Positions 1 through 12,290 of a stretch of 64,000 bases of DNA are shown piece after piece. The stretch is from NCBI GenBank assembly GCA_904063045.1, contig CAJFCJ010000003.1, positions 1,116,001 to 1,180,000 of the forward strand, read 5' to 3'. The stretch's first letter is position 1. Each line of letters starts with the position of its first letter. Both the position numbers and the translations under genes were made by a program. This DNA comes from Dimorphilus gyrociliatus (taxonomy: Eukaryota > Animalia > Annelida). The notes beneath the pieces were generated by a model. That model searched no databases, had not been told where the DNA came from, and saw only the letters and a list, made by a program, of their open reading frames with translations.

Positions 1-185
1 TATTTGAAAAATCTCAAAATTATTTTCAATCATTTTAGCTATTTTAAAACACTTCTAAAGAATTATTTTTAAAGTTTTGTATTGTCCATGATCGAAAAAT
101 TGTCACCACAAAATTAAATTTCATTGGTAACCAGTCTATTGATACTTAGAGGCTCTTGTTTCCTGTTCCGGTCGTCGTGTACAAA

Positions 186-1966
186 ATGCCCGTAAAGATA
201 TCTCTAGTTCTTCTATATTCTATGTTATACAGCTGTTCGGCTTTATATTTTCATATAGCCGAAACAGAGAAAAAATGTTTTATCGAGGAAGTTCCTGATG
301 AAACTATGATTGTCGGTAAGATTGTTAAGATTTCTATTAGATCTTTCGATCTCCAAATACGGCTTCCTTAAACATCACGTTCTTAAGGAATCTTTGCGAA
401 TTTTTATAATCTATGCCTTAATACTATGAGAGTCAATACAAGATTGACCCTTTTCCCTCCAAAATATCATTTGACAAACAAGTAAAATTTGCGCCATCTG
501 CATTTATATGAGAAGAAATTCAACGTGGATCAACAGATGACACAAGCATATGTTTTTACTTGACTATTCATATAATAATAACACTATTTCAGGTAAATAT
601 CGTGTTGAAATGTTTGATAAAAACCGTAATACATACGTGGAAACCGTTAGTGGACTGGGGATGCACGTTGTCATAACAGATCCCGAGCAGAAAGTTGTCC
701 TATCAAAAGTAAATGTTTTTTCATTTTTTCTTATTTATTAACAGGCAAATACAAAGTTCTAAGATTCGATAAGAACATAAACGATTTCGTTACAACAACA
801 ACTGGATTAGGAATGCACGTCGAAATCAAAGATCCTTCCGAATCAGTTGTATTGTCAAGGGTAAGGGAGAGGAATAAGTTGTAGAAAATATTTATATTCC
901 CTCCTTCTCTATCCGTAGCCTAGATTGATGGGTTGTGCAGAATTTTTTATTTATATTATTTATGGTTCGGTGTGGGTTACTTTGCATTCCTTTTTCCCGT
1001 ACAACGAATGTTAACGAATATCTTAGAGACCATAAGATATTTCAACAGATATTTTGCGTGTAGCAGGTTTTCAGTTGTTTTGAAAAACGAAAGTGTTCGT
1101 TTCATAAAAGATAGAAATTCTACATCGCCAATTTTTTTAATGATTTGCATTTATCACGATAAATAGAATATTTTAGTTAAAAAATGTAAATTTACAATAT
1201 AATGTTAAAATGTAGAAAGAGGGTGTACAGAGAAGAAAACCTTTATATGATAAGATTTATTGCACAGTTATAGTTAGTTTTTTAAACTTGCATGACCAAT
1301 TAGGAAATATTTATTTCTTTTATTTTAATTTCTTTGTAAATTAGCAACAGTTTAAAATAGTAAACAAACTATTAAATTATATTATAGCTTGTTTATTTTA
1401 ATTTACATTCAGTACGATAATTTAAAAAAAAGAAGAATAAATAAACCAGCATATTCCCTGTTTTTATTTGGTTTTGAGGAAAATTTATTCAAACTATTTT
1501 TAATCGAATGATGCAATTAGACATGTTTTACAAAATTTTTATATATCAATTTTTATCTCTTTAGACATACGCTTCCGAAGGCCGATTTACATTTACATCA
1601 CATTCGGCTGGAGAGCATACAATTTGCCTTCATAGTAATTCAACTGCTTGGTTTGGCGGTGGTCAACTACGTGTTCATTTGGATATTGAAATTGGCGAAC
1701 ATGCCAACGATTATCAACAAATTGCAGCTAAAGATAAACTAAGTGATTTAGAAACAAGAATTAGACAACTTTTGGATCAAGTAGAGCAAATAACTAAGGA
1801 GCAGAATTATCAACGTTATAGAGAAGAAAGATTTAGGCAAACTTCGGAATCAACTAATCAACGGGTTTTGTGGTGGTCCATTGCTCAAACTGTTATATTG
1901 TTGGGAACTGGATTTTGGCAAATGAGACATTTGAAAGGTTTCTTCGAAGCAAAAAAATTGGTGTGA
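186..1966 (+). CDS. TMED9: p24alpha-subfamily (TMED4/9/11, eclair-like) emp24/gp25L cargo receptor, 215 aa
   Basis: Exons 186-315, (593-708 or 745-860), 1565-1966; 648 nt in frame. Signal peptide then [26 protein letters not shown] domain [22 protein letters not shown], coiled coil, [23 protein letters not shown], tail [12 protein letters not shown] with FF and KKxx ER-retrieval signal, typical of p24alpha. Confidence 0.95.
593..708 (+). CDS. TMED9: TMED9 alternative exon 2A (mutually exclusive)
   Basis: tttcag|GT...AAA|gtaaat, 116 nt, phase 1 to 0; (G)[38 protein letters not shown]. Confidence 0.9.
745..860 (+). CDS. TMED9: TMED9 alternative exon 2B (mutually exclusive)
   Basis: taacag|GC...AGG|gtaagg, 116 nt, phase 1 to 0; (G)[38 protein letters not shown]; not shown by the ORF track because it has no own start codon. 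Confidence 0.9.
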
Positions 1967-2371
1967 AGTTGTTGAAATTATATTTATCTACTCATTCCTT
2001 CATATTTAGGTTTATTAAAGTTAATGAAATGATAATAGTGTCATGTCTCTCTCTTTCTCTATCTTTTTCTTTTTTTTTTTTCATTTTAAAAAAGGTAATT
2101 TGTACAAAAATATAACTGATAGAAAATTGTTTTGAAATATGAGAAAAGTAGATTTGAAAGACAGAACAATGAGGAATAATAATTATTAACTAATAAAATA
2201 AATGTAATAAAAAAGAAAGATGTTAGCCATATAGTTTGAAGGCTTGGTTATTTAGAATACGATAAAAAAAGTGTTGAAGAGTATCGAATAAGAAAAAAAG
2301 TTTTGTGTTAAATGTGAGTTAACTCTAGGACAAAATCAGGCCTACTGCAAAATGTAAAATGACCAAAAATG

Positions 2372-2694
2372 CTATTTTGCAAAAAGTAAACATGACTTGA
2401 TAATCACGTTGCTATGTGAACAGAGATATAGAGCTTTTGTTAAGGAGAATGATATTAAAAAAGACTATAAACAATTAACAATAGTCATTGCCATGATAAG
2501 GTTACGAAACCTACTTTCATTCTTACCAAATAGTGTGAAAGTGGAGCAAGTAGCCAATCGTCTTTCAATGAAAACACTATATTCATACGCGATTTGAATT
2601 TTTGAAAATTCCTATACATTTCCATCGTCATACATGCTTTTGAATTTAAGAGAGATCGGTAAACATCATTAAACACAATCTTGTCACATAACAT
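2372..2694 (-). CDS. Candidate small two-exon gene (86-97 aa), unknown function
   Basis: Exons 2694-2527 and 2464-2372 joined by a 62-nt GT-AG intron (TTG|gtaaga...tttatag|TCT) in frame: MLCDKIVFNDVYRSLLNSKACMTMEMYRNFQKFKSRMNIVFSLKDDWLLAPLSHYL+SFLISFSLTKALYLCSHSNVIIKSCLLFAK*. ATG 2694 follows an acceptor-like ttatttcag; upstream in-frame ATGs at 2721 and 2727. No family recognised. Confidence 0.3.
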
Positions 2695-2890
2695 CTGAAA
2701 TAAGCACAGAAATTTCGCCATATACATTGGAACTATTTTTGTTTCGGACTGCGTAGCAAAACTTGTAATTGGGCTCTGCTTGTAAACACAGTCTGGCAGT
2801 TTCTTTCTTCTTCACTGCAGAGAGTAATAAAGGTACGTTGTCAAACATCGAAATTTACGGAATAATTTTCAACTTGGCTTGAAATTAGTC

Positions 2891-4042
2891 ATGCGCATAC
2901 CCGAAATAAAAGAGGAAACGGATTTTTCCGAATACGTTTGGATGGGGGAAGAGCTTGAGGAGTTCGACCGCAAAGTCGTAGCCGAGCTTGAAGAACAATA
3001 TGAAATGGAGGAAGAATTTGAAAAATTTTTAGAACAGCAAGTCGTTTATTATATCGACTTTGCCCTGGATGATGACGGAATTCCTTTGGCACAGGCAAGT
3101 ATTTTTCAATATTATAATTTCAAAAAATTGAAAATCAATCAATATAAAAGGTATTGAGAAAACAGCAGTCTATGTTTATAAAATATTTATAGTTTTGAAA
3201 GAATTGATATACACTAATTTAAGTATGCATCTTCCACTTTCTCTCATTTCTTGGTTTTCTTTTTTACCGTCTCTTATTTATTCCTATTCGATATTCTTAT
3301 TACTTCATATACATATGCATATGTATAAAGTATATATATTTATGAATATGTGTTTATATGCACTTATGCAAAACAATGGTAGCACCTGATTATTCGCATA
3401 GTTTTAGTAGATAGGCACAAAACCTAATTATTAATATACTGGCACGATGTATATGTATATGTATGTATGTATAAATCTATAAGTGGATGTAGAAGTCTTA
3501 CCAGACTAATAGAAACAGTATGGGCAAATCTAAATGAAAATAACATAAAATATCCCTTATCTATGATATTTAATTTATTACAGTATAAACTTGGAACGTA
3601 GGACAATTTCTAAGCGTTACATAGTGCAGACATTCAAAAGAACACCATGTACTCTATCAAACAGAGTATGTTTTAAAGTCGCATAATGTGAATTATAACA
3701 CGTATTAACTTTTTTTTTAATTCTAGCTGAATATTAGTTTCATAGGCTTTGATTTTTCTTATATATATATATATATAAATGTATATATTTCTATCCGTAT
3801 ACTGTTAGATTAAGACAATATTAAAGAGGTTAATCTATTTGTTATTTTACTGTTATTATATATTAGTATTTTTTTTCTGTTATAAACAGGTCCTTCGTTA
3901 CCTGGACGACCTTGTTCGAAACAGTAAACTCAATCCCAACGCACCGGAGTTTGTGCCCAAGAACTTTGTACAGATGGAAGAAGAAGAAGAAGTAGACGTA
4001 GAGGCGGAGTTCGGTGAAGATGAAGAAATTGTCGATAGATAG
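2891..4042 (+). CDS. PAIP2: Poly(A)-binding protein-interacting protein 2, ~118 aa
   Basis: Exons 2891-3094 and 3890-4042. PAM1-like acidic region DFSEYVWMGEELEEFDRKVVAELEEQYEMEEEF; PAM2 motif SKLNPNAPEFVP. Best in-frame junction uses a GC donor (CAG|gcaagt). Probable 5'UTR intron 2833-2888. Confidence 0.9.
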
Positions 4043-6000
4043 ATACCCTTAAACCTTTTAGCATCAACCCCTGGACAAAATGAATATGCAAAAGTGACTT
4101 TTTCTGCATACTCGTTTTATAATACTTGAAGACGATCGACGTTTTGTTCTCTTTGACTGTAGCCGCCAACTGTAGTGGAAATTTTATCTAGTTTACCCAG
4201 TCTTTTTTGCGTAGAGAGTGTACAAATTCTATTTTTTTCGACTGTGATTCGGAAAGAAAACAAAACAATCGCGGATCTTTATATTATTATATATGTATTT
4301 GTTTTTCTTATATTCTCGAAAACCGGCCTTTGTCCTCAGGACTGGTATACGTGTTACATTTCTTATTACGGCTTTATTTCTCCCGCTCCTACTCTACTTA
4401 TTTTTTTAAATAACTAAAAAAAAGAAGTTTTCCCAAATTTAGATTTTTTTCCACCTACATTTTTTTCCTCTCTTTTATTTAATTATTACTTTATAATTAT
4501 TATATATACATATATATATTTTTAAATTATCATTCACTTTATATATACTGCAATGAAAAAAATTATACTGCAATTTTTCAAGGTTGTTTACAGATCAGTG
4601 TTACTCCTTTTTTTTGTCCTATTAGGCCTACTTCCGACATATCGCTACTCTTCAATAATTCATTCTGGCTTATCTAGGCACTGAATTTTTATCTAATCTG
4701 TGACCGTTGTACAATTTTTTCCCCTAAAATCTTCAATAGAAAATTGAATCTCTGCGGTAGTAGGATAAAAATTTACCGGCACAAAAACAACATGTATATC
4801 CTGTAGGGTATATATTTATATATATATACTGCGTATAGGACTAATTTCTAATCGATAGCCTCAACTAGTAAATGATCATATTTTGTTTACGAATAACGTT
4901 ATTGTTGTCGCAAAGCTAGATGATTTTAGGGCATTTTAAGTGAAAAAAGTCCTATAAATTCTGACTGAATAGGTCAATATCCTCTTCTATACTGATAGGC
5001 ATAAATCTAGTTCTATTTTTTCCTTTTTAGTAATAAACATTAAAAATCTTCTCATTTCATAGATAGATTCTTTCAGAGAGTTTGAATAAAATGTATGCCT
5101 ACATTACAGAGGAAACATTGTAGACTATACGTACAGTATATCTACGCGGTATTTTATACAGCTCATATTATATCAATTGTAGACTTATACTATGTAAAAT
5201 ATTATTATATATGCAAGTTTTTATAATCCATTTTCAACCATATATTTATATAAGCAGAACATTATCAAGATAACCTTGAACTAACTTCAAAGCTTAATAT
5301 TTGTCGATTGTTTCGTAATAGCTCGTTGATATAGTTTCTATAAATAAATAGTATAGGCTTTCTTCAAAAGATTCTCCCGTCTTTGAGAAATTAGTAGAAA
5401 AGTCTCCTTTATAAGCATTTACCTTCATTTCCTCTCTTTCTATCCTCTATTTTATCTTTATTACAATATTTCTTCCCTGCCTGCCCAACTTTTTTTGTCA
5501 GTCGTAGTAGTAGTAGTAGTAGTATAGGGAAATTTTCAAATAAAACAATTACTTCTATCCATTTTGAAGAGCCTTAAATAAAAAAAAGATAGACTTCCTT
5601 AACTAATCATAAAATAGACAAACGTATTTCGCAATTACGTAGGCGACAATAAACGTTACATATTCTCTTCAAATTGTGATAAGTAAGTTTCACATAAAGA
5701 AAACAAATTTTCATTGTTAGACTAATTAAAAATCAATGAAATAATATAGATTATTATAGTATGACTATAAAAGAAATTGTCCTAATAATTCTATTTTTCT
5801 CCCCTTATTCTATAAATCTCTGCTAATCATATTGATACAAGAATTAAACACATTAATAGTTAAATGTATGTATATTTAAGTAGTAGTATTGTTGAAGATA
5901 GTAAATATTCTTTGTTATATAATTAAAATTACAATTACTTCAAATTTTTCATTAACTGACTGAAATCAGGTGGTGAGACAAGATTAAATAAGGGAGAAGA

Positions 6001-6831
6001 ATGTTCATCTATACGTTATATAGTTTACTTTTCCTAACATTAGGAAATATTGCCTTACAAGTGCCCTCTTGGCAAAGGACTAAATTTCGTAATTTCGCTT
6101 ATACAAGTCAAGAGCAAGTATTATCTTATCCAAGAAATATGGAGATTTTTAGTATTAAAGCTCGTAGTAAAATATATTGTTTAAGTTCTTGTTTAAATGA
6201 ACCAAGATGCGATTTAGTTATTTATTTAAAATCAAAAAGATGCTTATACTATCCAGATGATAATTTTATTGATGATTCCAGTAGGATATATGAAAAATCG
6301 TGGTTAATTAAAAGAACTAATAGTGTTGATTCTATTGTTTACGGTGACAAATTTTCTAAATTGTGCACAACTTGTTCAAACGATAAGAAATGTTTTTTAA
6401 GTGATTTTTCAATTGAATGTCGTAAAACTTGTCCTAAGCATTTTGTTTATAATTTAAAATTATCGCTATGCTTTTATAAATCTAAGACATTTGAGACTGC
6501 TCACCAATACGAAATTAAAGATAAATGTATTGGAAAACACCCAAATGCTACAACGCTATATTTCAAGAAGAAGGAAGATTTTATTACGGCTATAAAATCA
6601 TTAGAATTATCAGCAGTGTTTAATTATTGGATTGGTTTGAACAATGACAATAAGCAACGTTCTCTTCGATGGGAGAAAAATAACTTAAAGGTAACATTTT
6701 GTAATTTCAAGAAGAAAGTAAAATCAAAATATTATGTTTCGATCGAGCCTAATGGAGAATGGGATAATGATAGCTTCTCAGAGCGGAATCACTACATATG
6801 TCAGTTAAAAGCCTATTCACCGAACGAATAG
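6001..6831 (+). CDS. Secreted protein with PAN/apple-like Cys motif and C-type lectin-like domain, 276 aa, intronless
   Basis: Hydrophobic signal peptide (MFIYTLYSLLFLTLGNIALQ); CLSSCLNEPRCDLVIYLKSKRCLYY resembles PAN; C-terminal CPKHF..CF..C..YWIGL..LRW..GEWD..YICQ is a CTLD skeleton. Confidence 0.8.
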   Translation: MFIYTLYSLLFLTLGNIALQVPSWQRTKFRNFAYTSQEQVLSYPRNMEIFSIKARSKIYCLSSCLNEPRCDLVIYLKSKRCLYYPDDNFIDDSSRIYEKSWLIKRTNSVDSIVYGDKFSKLCTTCSNDKKCFLSDFSIECRKTCPKHFVYNLKLSLCFYKSKTFETAHQYEIKDKCIGKHPNATTLYFKKKEDFITAIKSLELSAVFNYWIGLNNDNKQRSLRWEKNNLKVTFCNFKKKVKSKYYVSIEPNGEWDNDSFSERNHYICQLKAYSPNE

Positions 6832-9800
6832 TAAAGATATATTTTGTTTCTTTTTATGGATTCTTTAATTCTTTAAATATATCTATGTTGATAAATCACA
6901 CCCAAAATGTCAATAGATGATGTATATATCAAATCTCGGTTGGTGTATAGTATCTTCATTTTCATCGTGCACAGTTTATAACATACAATATTATATTTAT
7001 ATACAATCTCTTATAGAGGTTAAGGCTAATTTTTTCAACTTCATTATTCAATAATAAGTTCAATGTTGTTTGGAAGAACAATATAAAGAGAAATTTTTCC
7101 ATGATAAAAAATGCAGTATAATTGATATTTTTAAAGCTCTTTTTTAGTAGTTGACAAGCAGTTTCTATTTTATAACAATTTTGCAAAATGAATGAGGAAG
7201 ACAAGAAAACCTAAACAATAGTTTTTGTAACGATTGAAAGAAAATTATTTTAATGTTCTCTTTAATTCTCTGCTTCTCTCTCGATCTTTCTTTCAATCAT
7301 TTGCATATAATAATAATAAATCTATATTAAGCGTTTAATTAAATGAGTATTATGAAATGGAAAAAAGTGGGCGGAAAATATGATAAAGAAAACATTGTAG
7401 AAAGAAAAAGACGGATAGAAATCATGATTAAAGGTTATACTGTATAATTGCTTTTTCTATTAATATTTCTTGAATTTATATGAATGGCATGCTAATAAAT
7501 TAGATTTAAAGACTTAAAGGCTATACTTATGTTTAAAATGTAGCAAGTTTTAAAGATTATTTTTACTTAAATAGCTCGCTCAATGTCAACTTTCAAAAGA
7601 TTTTATATACAAGTACATATAGCAAAGCTATATACTGACATATGTATAAGTTTATATTAAAAAAATTGACATATGAACTAAAGATAAATATGAATAAAAA
7701 ACAAGACAAGAGAACGAAAGAGAGAAAATACTGTATATACAGTATACTGTATAAGATAAACAGTATGAGCGGTAGAAAACACCCACTGGCGTCTAATTAA
7801 ACTGTATAATTTCTAATCTTCCCTTTCATTTCATGATATTGATTTCTAATATTTATGAAGTAAAATAGAGTAAATTGTTTTAATATGAAGTTTTCTATTT
7901 GATTTTTTTCTTCAATAAATAAAAAAAGAAGGAAGGAAGGAAGGAAGGAAAAATCTAATTATATTGATTTAAAATTTTCCATATTAATAGATGTCAAATA
8001 CAAATATGTACTTTTGATTCTATATATACTTCTAGGGTGGGAGAGATATAAAAATTTTATCTTTATTAGCCGAATAAAGGAAATTATATAGTTGATAAAT
8101 ATAAAACAATTAATTAATCAAGTAAGTGATTTAGACTACTGTTAATGTTAAATTATATATTGTATCAATAAAGTATATACGTGTATATACTAATATATAT
8201 ATATATATACATTTACCACTTAAACCTATAATCTTTCTTCTATAAATACACATTTTTTATTAAAAAATTTATCGGAATATTAAAAAAGTCAATTTATCAT
8301 AGAAATATTTCCTTATTTATTTTTTTATTTTATAAGAAATTTATTGAATTTAAATAAAATACTTTATAATATTAAGATGGGTTAATCCTCTTTTTTTTTT
8401 ATTATTATTTTTCTTTAGACTGTCAATATGGCGTTTATTGATTGATGAAAAAAAATTGTTCTTTTCCTCTAAGTTATCGATTGTCGTAAATGATAAAAAA
8501 AAAAAAACAGAAGAAAACAAATGAATTACGCTCTAGCATTGTACTTTTATATTGTTTTTTTTTTCTTTTTCCTTTATACCATATCTCTGTCATTTATTCT
8601 TCTTTCTGTATAAATAAAGGTTAACAATTATCGTTAAACTGTAGCAATTTATATAACATAATATATAATTTGTACTTGTTAATTCAAGTAAATTATTATC
8701 GTTTCAGTGAGTATTAAGCTCTTTTTTTTTCTATTTAGGCTTTATAACTTATAATATAGTCTTTTTTAATAAATAGTATTTAGGTAGTTATTTTTCTTCT
8801 ATATAATAAATAGTAACTGTTACAGAGAATATTATATATTTACATAATAAATATATATTCTTTTATTCTATAAATTTGCTTTTTTTCGTTCATATAGTTA
8901 TACTAATATATACTGCATATATCTAGATAGAGAGATAGAGAGAGAGAGATGTATTTCGTCATATCGTGTGTAAAATTAACAATCAAGTTAACTAAAAAAT
9001 AAAAATGTACTAAATAATTAAAATTCCAGATGAACATCCTTAACAAACATCCTATTTTTTTGTAATAGTTTTCTTTTATATATTTATCCAACTGATTGTT
9101 TTATAGTCTCTTAAGAGTTTTATACAGTAAATATATATATATATTATTGGAATATAAAGTACCATAAAATTTTAGCTCATGGAATAAATCTATAAATCTG
9201 AAGGGAAAGGATTTTATCTGCACTTGATGCTAACAATAAGAATTTCTTTCTTTCTTCAAAGAAAATGACCTAGTATTAATGTATATACTAATATATATAT
9301 TTTGTATAAAGCAAGTATAATATATAATAATTATAGAATTGCTCTATGTAGACGCTCGTGTAAATCTTGATCTTGGGTACATTGCAAGTTCATCTTGTTT
9401 AGAGTCGCTTGTATAATTAAATGGATATAGTACTTGAGAGATATTATTTATAATAGCTTTAACTATTTAGCTGGTAAAAATTTAATTCATCCAAAAGTAA
9501 CTGTTTATTAAATAGACTAATTAAAAATGAAGTTTTACTATTACTCTAGCAACGTAATGATATGAATATTTAATAATATATCACTTAAAATACTAATTTC
9601 TTTGTTTATATCTACATTTGCTCTAATACAGGTTATTTAAAGTTACATATTTTTTTAAAAGATTAAGCTGGATGATTCTTATCTTAATACGACTTATCAA
9701 TAGTGTCTTCTAGGCTCAAAACAAATATACGATACAACATTTTTTTATTTCCCCTATATTAAGTAGTACAGCTTAATTTAATCTGTCTCAGATAGAGGGC

Positions 9801-12240
9801 GATAGTAGTACTAAATTGTAAAAGAAACAAAATACCTATAAATACTATCCACACAATATAGGTAAACGTTCGATATCTGGGGTTTTTAATTATTTCATTT
9901 ATTGATCCTTAAGAATTCTTAATAGAATGTACTACATTTAGACTAAGAATAAATTTTCCGTATCTATCTATACATTTATATGAATATGGTCATTTTACTG
10001 GGTCTTCCGTTAGCCTAGTTAGTTTCGTAGGTTACTTTTTTTTTCACAGAAAAGATACTTTTCGCAAGTAGTGTTCTTATGGGATACGTTATACTAGACA
10101 TTGTACAGTGTAGTATGAAAGACGCTCTTACTTTTTCATTTTATCCTAAAGATTACTATTTATTGCTTTTAAATTACCATTTCAAAGCGTCTATTTTGCA
10201 CCGAAGCCACTTTACTTTATATTTTCTTACTCTTTGCGTCGCTTTCCAAAAAAATTGTAGACAGGAAACGATACTTTTCAATAATATTTTATAATACAAG
10301 CGTTCATAATGAAAATGTACTATTGTTTACATTTACTCCTGTAATACAAGTATAGTTGATTTTCTAACTATTCAAATATAAATATTGTTTACAAACAAGC
10401 AGGATATATGAAAATGTTAACATTTCTTGTTAAACCATTTAGCGTTTTAAGTAAGAGTTCATCGTTGATTAAATTACTCATAATTTTCAATTGTTCTTCT
10501 ATGTGTTATCATCTCTTTCTTATGTTATTAATATTGTCAATAACATATCAAGTTCTCACTTTTTTGTTTATGCTATTCGATCAATGAATATAAACATTAC
10601 AAATTTTCTCTTTATCACACTCCATCCTACTAACTATATGATATTAGGACTGCCAACTCTGTTCACTAATGATGTTCAACGTCTTATATAAATCTGATCA
10701 GCCGTACGTACATATTTCATAAGGATAAGCTCTTTCTTTAAAATCAATATTATTCAAGTACTACTAAGTTATTTAAGCCTTTGCATATTCAGTAGGATCC
10801 ATATTTGATATAGCTTTTTTAAAAAGCATATATTCACAGGAATTGGAAGATAGTTTGTGGTCGTACATTCTTGAATTTCTTTCTGAATACACTTTTCAGT
10901 TCTGATAGCTGCAATCCTTTTGCACAGTAATGGACTTGATAGGACAATGTTCTTATGACCTTATCTTTAAGAAACTTTTAGAAGTATTTCCTCTATCCGT
11001 ATTAGCCTATTAGCCTAGTGTAACAAATTAATTGAATTATACCTAATGAATGATATAAGCTGGATGATTATTTTATCTATTTTATAACAACATATATACA
11101 TAGATGTATTGAATAAGATCTATTGAAAACGGTAAGATATATGCATATCATGCATAAAACACTGTATCTTGCTTATATACTATACTTTCTATAGTTAGCT
11201 GTGTATTGCAATCGTCGGTTTTATAATAAAGTCTTTTAATTGATTACAACTGCTAGTTAGACGTTGAAATAAAAAACAGGACGTTTTAACATAATGGATT
11301 AGCGATCTCTTTATTTCAATACGATTTATTGTTCTTTGGACAGATAGTATTCATTATTTATAATAAAATATATATTTTCTTATTTTTTTCTTGATATATA
11401 GTCATGTAAGCGAACCTATTATCTTCACTGTATAGGTCTTATTATAAAGAAACTCTATAAACGTTATATTTGTTTGTTTTACTATTCAAAAAAAAGTGTC
11501 AATATAAATCTTTTTTAATATAAAAAGAAGAGAGAAATTCTCTTATATTAAAGATTAAACAGAATATTATTTTTCAAGAAATGTATAATAATCCCGTTTT
11601 AGAATTATCTAGTAGTCTAGTTAAAAAATAGTGCTTACTAGGATTGATCTATTATTAATCAATGGTTAAATAAAGAACGTAAATAGAACAATTATTATAC
11701 TGAACTCTATTATACAATATGACAAAGTATATCATATGAAATATGCGCATTTTTTATTTTGCAAAATGACAAGACCTTTATCTAAATTATGAGACAGAGA
11801 AAGAAAAAAAATTCCAACTTTCTCTTCCTGTAATATTATAAAAAGAAGTCATTCTCGTCTGTAATCCAAGATAATTATTATGAAATATTATAGAGAAATT
11901 TTTATTATTCTATACTAGCTTAGAACAATATTATGTCACTTAAAGTTCAATTTTTGAAGATTATATAGAAAAGCTGTATATTAATCAGTCTATAATATAC
12001 AATAAAAGATATTAAATAAGGAAATATGTTGTATTTATTATATTTAAGAATAAAAAAATATGTAATAATTATTAATGTCCTTAAAGTTTTCATCCAGGTA
12101 ATTAATTATCTAACCTTGAGAAGGAGATTAAGAAGAAAAGAGGGAGAAATACAATGAAAATTGATTTCTTTAGTACTTAATTTAATTCTTTTACCTACCT
12201 TTGTCTTTTGCTTCTAACTTCGTTGTGTGCATATGTATTT

Positions 12241-12290
12241 ATGTGTATGTATGTATGTATGCATGTATGTATGCATGTATGTATGAATGT
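12241..12290. repeat. Imperfect (ATGT)n tetranucleotide repeat
   Basis: atgtgtatgtatgtatgtatgcatgtatgtatgcatgtatgtatgaatgt; source of the spurious ORFs 12201-12437 and 12208-12405. Confidence 0.85.

Noticed and set aside
2801-2832. Trans-splice acceptor or operon linking TMED9 to PAIP2
   Set aside because: The pyrimidine tract plus CAG at 2820 could equally be promoter or 5'UTR sequence or a 12-nt micro-exon; no spliced-leader evidence is visible in DNA.
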